From Bdellovibrionota bacterium (GTDB lineage Bacteria > Bdellovibrionota_C > UBA2361 > OMII01), in NCBI GenBank assembly GCA_044356215.1, contig JBIKWQ010000083.1:1-12933 (forward strand): DNA of 12,933 nucleotides. Direction: 5' to 3'. Both the position numbers and the translations under genes were made by a program. The stretch's first letter is position 1; each line of letters begins with the position of its first letter. Below the pieces are notes generated by a model. It was given only the letters and a program-made list of their open reading frames with translations, was not told the origin of the DNA and made no database searches. Shown here in pieces: positions 7,721-12,933 of this stretch.

Positions 7721-7809
7721 TAAAGAAAAGGATTAGGACAACAAAGATGTAAACTCTATTTAGGGATTGACGGAAAACGCACCCTTGGCTGTAGATTATC
7801 CGCAGCTTC

Positions 7810-9213
7810 TTAGCCCGGCGCCTTAAAAACAGTGAAGGTCTTAATCAGATCAAAAGCTCTCTGGAACTGAGGATCTTTCTTACCCCACTCAAGCAAATCG
7901 ACCGTTTCTGGGTTAATCGCCGCGACATCCGGTGCGACCACCTCTGTCTTGTTCAGCTTTCTAAGCGCGTCTCCCTCGCCTTTCTGACCCGACTGAGCAG
8001 AAGGATTCTCAATCGCTCCTGGAAGGTCCTCTTCACGGATCTCAGAGAGCGGGCTTTTACGAGTTTGAACCGGCTCCTTCTCAACACCTTGGGAGATATC
8101 AACCTCGATATCAGGCTTCACTCCACGAGCCTGTATGGAGTTTCCACTCTTGGTGTAATACAGCGCAGTAGTTAAAGTTAAAGCGCCTCCATTTTCAAGC
8201 GGAGTAATAGTCTGAACCGAACCCTTACCGAAGGTCTGCTGGCCAAGGATTAGCGCCCGGCCGTGATCCTTTAACGCGCCAGCAACGATCTCAGATGCCG
8301 AGGCCGATCCAGAATTAACGAGAACCACCATCGGATACTCAGGCTCAGTGCCACGGGCGTGCGCGAAGAACTTCTGCTTCTGCGCCTCTACACGACCATC
8401 GGTGTAAACGATCACTCCCTCTTTGAGGAACATATCACCGATCTTTACCGCCTGTGCTAAGAGACCACCTGGGTTGTTACGGAGATCTAAGATTAATCCA
8501 CGCAATTCGGGGAGCGAGCTGTCTTTTGTCAGAGTCTTTAGAGCTGTCTTAAGATCATCAGCGGTGTGCTCCATAAATTGGCTTACCCGCACGTAGCCGA
8601 ATCCGTCTCCTAAATAGCGCGCCTTTACGCTATGCACGGCTATAGTATCTCTGACGATCGTTACATCGACCAGATCTCCCGCGCCCTTTCTGCTGAGTGA
8701 TATCTCAATCGGCGTACCTTTAGGACCACGCAGCCTTTTGACCGCATCGACCAACGAAAACTCTTTTGTAAATTTGCCATCGATCTTGACGATGATGTCA
8801 CCAGGGCGAACACCAGCTTTCTCCGCCGGAGAGTCCTCCATTGGAGCCACTACTACAAGCAATCCCTCTTTGATCGTGATCTCAATACCGAGGCCGCCGA
8901 ACTCACCTTTTGTCTGAACCTGCAGGTCCTGATAAAAATCCGGGTCGAGGTATCCACTGTGAGGATCAAGGGTCCCTAACATCCCCTTAATGGCGCCCTC
9001 TACGATCCTCTTATTTTCAATATCGCTTACGTAGTCGCGCTTTACTACAGAGAGAACATCTGTGAAAACTTTTAATTCTTCGAAGAGATTCGACTTACCC
9101 GACTCGCGCGCACTTACCTCAGGGAGATCTCGCCCACCAAAAACTAGGGCCGCGCCGAACACGACGCACATCACGGTTAGTAATTTTTCTCTAGTAGACA
9201 AACCCGAAATCAC
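7810..9213 (-). CDS. ctpA: S41 family carboxyl-terminal processing protease (PDZ + Ser/Lys dyad)
   Basis: Motifs LDPHSGY, GEFGGLGIEI, PDZ SPAEKAGV, ILDLRNNPGGLL, SASASEIVAGAL, TFGKGSVQ, GVKPDI, DPQ. Start placed at GTG 9213, behind AAGGA and before the N-terminal hydrophobic segment; the open frame extends to 9330. Confidence 0.93.
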   Translation of the reverse strand: MISGLSTREKLLTVMCVVFGAALVFGGRDLPEVSARESGKSNLFEELKVFTDVLSVVKRDYVSDIENKRIVEGAIKGMLGTLDPHSGYLDPDFYQDLQVQTKGEFGGLGIEITIKEGLLVVVAPMEDSPAEKAGVRPGDIIVKIDGKFTKEFSLVDAVKRLRGPKGTPIEISLSRKGAGDLVDVTIVRDTIAVHSVKARYLGDGFGYVRVSQFMEHTADDLKTALKTLTKDSSLPELRGLILDLRNNPGGLLAQAVKIGDMFLKEGVIVYTDGRVEAQKQKFFAHARGTEPEYPMVVLVNSGSASASEIVAGALKDHGRALILGQQTFGKGSVQTITPLENGGALTLTTALYYTKSGNSIQARGVKPDIEVDISQGVEKEPVQTRKSPLSEIREEDLPGAIENPSAQSGQKGEGDALRKLNKTEVVAPDVAAINPETVDLLEWGKKDPQFQRAFDLIKTFTVFKAPG

Positions 9214-9411
9214 AAATCCTTCTTTTCGCGCCTTCGCACACCCCTCCGGTGCCGCCGTTCTGGTGACATCGCCTGGTTTTATGATGCCAACGATGAAAAA
9301 TAAGGATCGCGTTTCAACGCAAAGAAACACCAGTCTAAGTAACCGGTAAATCTCTACTCTGAATTCTCTCCTAGCGCTTTCAGATAGCCGACCTTGATGC
9401 CACTCCTTATA

Positions 9412-9440
9412 ACTATACTTAGTAAGCGCCTCTGGTTCAA
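9412..9440 (-). promoter_or_regulatory. Putative sigma70 promoter for ctpA
   Basis: Minus strand TTGAAC-N17-TATAGT. Confidence 0.55.
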
Positions 9441-9568
9441 GGATATTCGGCTATTTTTACTTTAAAATTCAACTAACTAATGCTCGGCGACAGCCAGAGC
9501 GAAAATCATCCTCAGGCAAAGCACCGTCAGTCGTCAAAACGATAGCTGGGGCCTCAAAAAGTTTTATC

Positions 9569-9596
9569 TTGCCTCAAAACGCCCTTCAGGTAACCT
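9569..9596 (+). promoter_or_regulatory. Putative promoter for the sugar kinase/isomerase pair
   Basis: TTGCCT-N16-TAACCT about 30 nt upstream of the ATG at 9627, which has a GAGGAG RBS. Confidence 0.3.
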
Positions 9597-9626
9597 TGCC
9601 CAGAATTTCGCTTCTCGAGGAGAACT

Positions 9627-11123
9627 ATGTCGGCAACGCTTCTTGGACTTGATATTGGCAGCTCTTCAGTTAAAGGGGTGCTTATTGATGCGACCACTGG
9701 GAAGGTAATCTCGCACGCCTCATCACCAGCTACTGAGATGGCGATCGCAGCAGAGCACCCAGGTTGGGCCGAGCAACACCCAGATCTCTGGTGGGAGCAC
9801 GCTTGCCGCGTCATAGGCGCTATAAGAGCGGCGACTCCTGGTCCATTAACTGATTTAAAAGCGATCGGCATCGCCTACCAGATGCACGGACTAGTTTTAG
9901 TCGATAAACAGGGAAAACCACTCAGACCAGCTATCATATGGTGTGATAGTAGAGCTGTCCCATACGGGGATAAGGCCTTTAATAGACTAGGGCCTGAAGA
10001 GTGCCTTAAGCGCTACGGCAATTCACCTGGGAACTTTACCGCGGCTAAGCTAGCCTGGGTTCTGGAGAATGAGCCGCACGTCCTTAAAGAGGCAGCCGCC
10101 TTCATGCTGCCTGGAGACTACATAGCACTGAAGCTGACCGGTGAGTTCGGAACAACCCGCTCAGGGCTCTCAGAGGGGGTACTGTGGGATTTCTCGAGAA
10201 ACGCCCCAGCCATCGCTGTGCTTGAGGCTCTTGGATTATCCCCGAATCTAGTTCCGAATGTTACCGAGAACGTCGCTCCTTTCGCCCCGCTGCGCGCCGA
10301 TGTGGCACGAGAGCTGGGGCTCCCCGCCAACATTCCGGTAACGTATCGTGCCGGGGATCAACCTAATAACGCTCTTGCTCTAAACGTATTACAGCCGGGC
10401 GAGATCGCCGCGAACGCTGGAACTTCTGGGGTCGTCTATGGAGTCACTGACAAGCTAGGTGTCGACGCCCGCTCACGGGTCAACAACTTCCTGCACGTTA
10501 ACAGCAAATCCGGCGCGGAGCGAGTTGGCGTTCTCATGTGCGTAAACGGCACAGGTAGCTTTTATCGTTGGGTCCGTGGAACCTTTGCCAGAGATCTCTC
10601 CTATTCCGAGCTGAATTCTATGGCCGCAAAATCAGCTATTGGCTCCGATGGGCTAGTGGCTATGCCTTATGGAAACGGCGCAGAGAGGACTTTAGGCAAT
10701 CTGAATTTAGGCGCGTCGTTTGACTCCATCGACCTAAACCGCCACGGTATAAATGAGATCTTAAGAGCAACTCACGAAGGGATCGTTTTCTCACTCTGCT
10801 ACGGAGTTGAGATTATGAGGACCATGGGCCTAGCACCCGCGCGCGTGCGGGCTGGTAACGCCAATATGTTTCAGAGCCCACTATTCCGCGAAACATTCGC
10901 CACAACGCTGGGCGCTCCCGTTGAACTCTATACGACAGACGGTGCCGAGGGTGCCGCTCGTGGCGCTGGGATCGGCGCTGGACTATTTTCATACTCGAAC
11001 GCCTTTGTGGGGCTAAAAAGCGAATTAACGATCGAGCCTAATCAACAGGCTCAATCGGCCACTCAAGCGGCGTACGAGCGATGGAAGAGCGTACTGGAGA
11101 GGAAGTTACTCGCTATTCGCTAA
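9627..11123 (+). CDS. xylB: Xylulokinase (FGGY carbohydrate kinase)
   Basis: Motifs LGLDIGSSSVK, PGWAEQHP..WW, IGIAYQMHGLV, RPAIIWCDSR, PGNFTAAKLAWV, GDQ, GTSG, PYGNGAER, EG. Adjacent to an isomerase gene. Confidence 0.9.
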   Translation: MSATLLGLDIGSSSVKGVLIDATTGKVISHASSPATEMAIAAEHPGWAEQHPDLWWEHACRVIGAIRAATPGPLTDLKAIGIAYQMHGLVLVDKQGKPLRPAIIWCDSRAVPYGDKAFNRLGPEECLKRYGNSPGNFTAAKLAWVLENEPHVLKEAAAFMLPGDYIALKLTGEFGTTRSGLSEGVLWDFSRNAPAIAVLEALGLSPNLVPNVTENVAPFAPLRADVARELGLPANIPVTYRAGDQPNNALALNVLQPGEIAANAGTSGVVYGVTDKLGVDARSRVNNFLHVNSKSGAERVGVLMCVNGTGSFYRWVRGTFARDLSYSELNSMAAKSAIGSDGLVAMPYGNGAERTLGNLNLGASFDSIDLNRHGINEILRATHEGIVFSLCYGVEIMRTMGLAPARVRAGNANMFQSPLFRETFATTLGAPVELYTTDGAEGAARGAGIGAGLFSYSNAFVGLKSELTIEPNQQAQSATQAAYERWKSVLERKLLAIR

Positions 11124-11152
11124 TAAACATAAATCCTGGAGGATCTTTATTT

Positions 11153-12292
11153 ATGACAACAAAGAAACAGTTTCATAGCTTGTGCCGTTGGACCTTTAAC
11201 TCGGGTAAGGGAGGCTTTGTTCCAGGATCGATTAGACCCCAATGGTCCGCGGAGAAGCTTAACGTAGTTGAGATTATTAACCTGATTAACACCAAGATTC
11301 GCCCTAGATTACCGGGTCACATTGAGCTTGGGTTTGAAGTGCACTACGACACTGAGATCGATGAGAAGACAGCACCAGCTGTGGCCGACGCTCTTGTTAA
11401 CGCGAAGATGTATCTGGCGATGATTACTCCTGGACTACACTCGCACCTTGGATACGGCGGACCAGCATCACTCGATGCTGCAGAGCGCGAGATAGCCACA
11501 AAGTTAAGTTTCGGAACTGTGGACCTTGCCTATGGGCCTCTAAAGAAAGCGTGGCACCCTGACGCATCAAAGGCTCCGACATTGGTGCTCTGGAACGGCT
11601 CGTACGGATACGATTTAGCCACTCCTGCTATTAAGCAGATGTATCAGAACCTAAAAGAGGCGGTCGCGGCTCTTTGCGCCTACGAGGACAAGAAAGGAGC
11701 GCAGCTATACATGGGTATCGAACCTAAGCCAAATGAGGGACACCCTTCAATGCTTCTTCCGACGGTGGCGTCAGCGCTGCTTTTCTGGAAGCGCCTCAAA
11801 GAGGAGTTCGGAGTAAATCTCAAGAAGCGTGGACTAAATAAAGAGTTCGGTCATTCTGAGATGATCGGATTAGATTCAGTTTACGACACAGTAGAAGAGA
11901 TCGATAACGACGCGATCGCTCACATGCATCTAAACAGCCAGGGCTACAACGACGGGATAACTCTCGGTGGACCAGGCAAGTACGACATCGATCACGGCCT
12001 AAAGATTAACGGCATCAATATCGCCATAGCCTCACTAGTAGCTGAAGCAGGTTACGACCGTTGGTATGGCCACGATATGCAGGCACGGGCGTATGACAAC
12101 GAGACTCAGGGACTCGACCGAGTAATTCGCAGTATCCTCTCGTGGGATGCGTGCCAGAAGGCTGCCGCTGAGATTAACTTAAACGATCTAACCAAGGCGC
12201 TCTCGGTACGTGAGACTGGGCGTGTTGAGGATATGATGCGACACGCCGTAGTCAGCGCGCATAAGCATTTTGATGTGATGTATAGGGGGTAG
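11153..12292 (+). CDS. Divergent xylose-isomerase-like TIM-barrel sugar isomerase (379 aa)
   Basis: Motifs WTF, VLWNG, IEPKPNEGHP, NKEFGH, HMHLNSQG, KYDID and GHD align with class I XylA metal sites. ATG at 11153 lies behind GGAGG. Downstream of xylB. Confidence 0.85.
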   Translation: MTTKKQFHSLCRWTFNSGKGGFVPGSIRPQWSAEKLNVVEIINLINTKIRPRLPGHIELGFEVHYDTEIDEKTAPAVADALVNAKMYLAMITPGLHSHLGYGGPASLDAAEREIATKLSFGTVDLAYGPLKKAWHPDASKAPTLVLWNGSYGYDLATPAIKQMYQNLKEAVAALCAYEDKKGAQLYMGIEPKPNEGHPSMLLPTVASALLFWKRLKEEFGVNLKKRGLNKEFGHSEMIGLDSVYDTVEEIDNDAIAHMHLNSQGYNDGITLGGPGKYDIDHGLKINGINIAIASLVAEAGYDRWYGHDMQARAYDNETQGLDRVIRSILSWDACQKAAAEINLNDLTKALSVRETGRVEDMMRHAVVSAHKHFDVMYRG

Positions 12293-12302
12293 CGAGGTTA
12301 TC

Positions 12303-12368
12303 GGGGGAGGTTTAAGAGCTCGGCGTCATTGTAAAGAGTATAGACGCCTTGGCCCGAGCTTCCTCCCC
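12303..12368 (+). other. Stem-loop immediately after the isomerase stop (possible terminator or 3' stabilising structure)
   Basis: ggggagg/cctcccc, agctcgg/ccgagct and cgtc/gacg pair in nested fashion. No clear U-tract. Confidence 0.4.
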
Positions 12369-12785
12369 TCTTCTCCTTGTCTTGCGCCTATTTCTTCCTC
12401 CTTCTCCTTCTCCTCATCTTGCACCTGCACCGGAGGGCCACGGAGATTTCACTTTGCTTATTTCACCTATGTCTCTGTAGACGAAGAGGAGGAGATAGGT
12501 GCAAGTGCAGGATTAGGATAAGGAGGGGACAAGAGAAGGAAAAGAAGGGGCAGGAGATAGAGGCCATGTAGAGAGGTCAATCCCTAAATAAGTTTTACAT
12601 GTTTTTCTCCTAATCCTTCTCTTCATCCTGCACCTATCTCCTCCTCCTTCTCCTCGTCCTCATCCTGCACCTGCACCGGTTTCCTTCTCCTAATCCTCGA
12701 CATCGAGGTCACGGAGGGCCACGGAGATTTACCTTTGCGTATTTTACCTATCTCTCTGTAGATGAAGAGGAGGAGATAGGTGAAA
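12369..12785. repeat. Composite repeat cluster: hexamer-type pyrimidine and purine arms, two copies of the dispersed module (12431-12512, 12700-12785) and a third copy of the inverted-repeat end (12576-12600)
   Basis: 12576-12644 is an imperfect reverse complement of 7696-7771. Arms ctcatcttgcacctgcacc and ggtgcaagtgcaggattag bracket the module. Confidence 0.88.
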
Positions 12786-12804
12786 GAGGCCGCGTAAAAT
12801 TACC

Positions 12805-12933
12805 TCACCCCGCCCTCCCCAACACCGATACAGGATCCACCGGCGCTCCATTCTTGCGGGTCTCAAAATAAAAATTTCTGCCTTTTGAGTCTGCCTGAGC
12901 TGTCACACCTACTACATCGCGCCTGTTCACTAG
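12805..12933 (-). CDS. envC: 3' end (partial) of an M23/LytM-domain protein, EnvC-like murein hydrolase activator
   Basis: My translation of the minus strand: LVNRRDVVGVTAQADSKGRNFYFETRKNGAPVDPVSVLGRAG*. This matches the M23 C-terminus YFE.R..G.PVDP, with Tyr in place of the catalytic His as in EnvC. Same strand as, and upstream of, ctpA. Confidence 0.72.
   Translation of the reverse strand, partial: LVNRRDVVGVTAQADSKGRNFYFETRKNGAPVDPVSVLGRAG

Larger units (their letters stand above)
7262..7771. mobile_element. 510-bp non-coding element with 26-bp terminal inverted repeats (MITE-like, non-autonomous)
   Basis: gtcaatccctaaataaagtttacatc (7262-7287) matches the reverse complement of 7746-7771 at 25/26 positions. 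No ORF inside and no target-site duplication seen, so mobility is inferred. Confidence 0.55.

Noticed and set aside
9214..9405. Riboswitch in the long ctpA leader, or a 39-aa N-terminal extension
   Set aside because: Only small hairpins are present and no aptamer consensus is recognised. The extension lacks an RBS and would displace the signal/TM segment.
11081..11152. Longer isomerase start overlapping xylB
   Set aside because: A strong GGAGG lies before the ATG at 11153, and isomerase similarity starts after it.
12377..12571. 64-aa ORF with a Leu-rich then Arg/Lys-rich sequence, resembling a small membrane toxin
   Set aside because: Its composition is fully explained by the pyrimidine and purine arms of the repeat; TTG start and no RBS.

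Overview
Bacterial chromosomal window from a Gram-negative organism; the carD-ispD linkage and the EnvC/CtpA genes suggest a deltaproteobacteria/Bdellovibrionota-like host (inference only). Left to right: an orphan ORF; a 3-copy ~146-bp tandem array; a His-tailed lipoprotein plus a CxxC outer-membrane beta-barrel (candidate metal-uptake pair); a minus-strand housekeeping block (in transcription order tRNA-Val(GAC), rpmI, rplT, rimI, pyrD, carD/cdnL with a long basic N-terminal extension, ispD); a 510-bp non-coding element bounded by 26-bp inverted repeats; an S41 C-terminal protease; a xylulokinase and a divergent xylose-isomerase-like gene inserted between envC and ctpA; a second repeat cluster sharing modules with the 510-bp element; and the 3' end of an EnvC-like M23 gene. 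The most unusual signal is non-coding: a modular family of 6-, 9- and 10-nt periodic purine/pyrimidine arms, hairpins and inverted ends recurring at 16-42, 731-1148, 7262-7771 and 12303-12785. No CRISPR array, transposase or integrase is visible.
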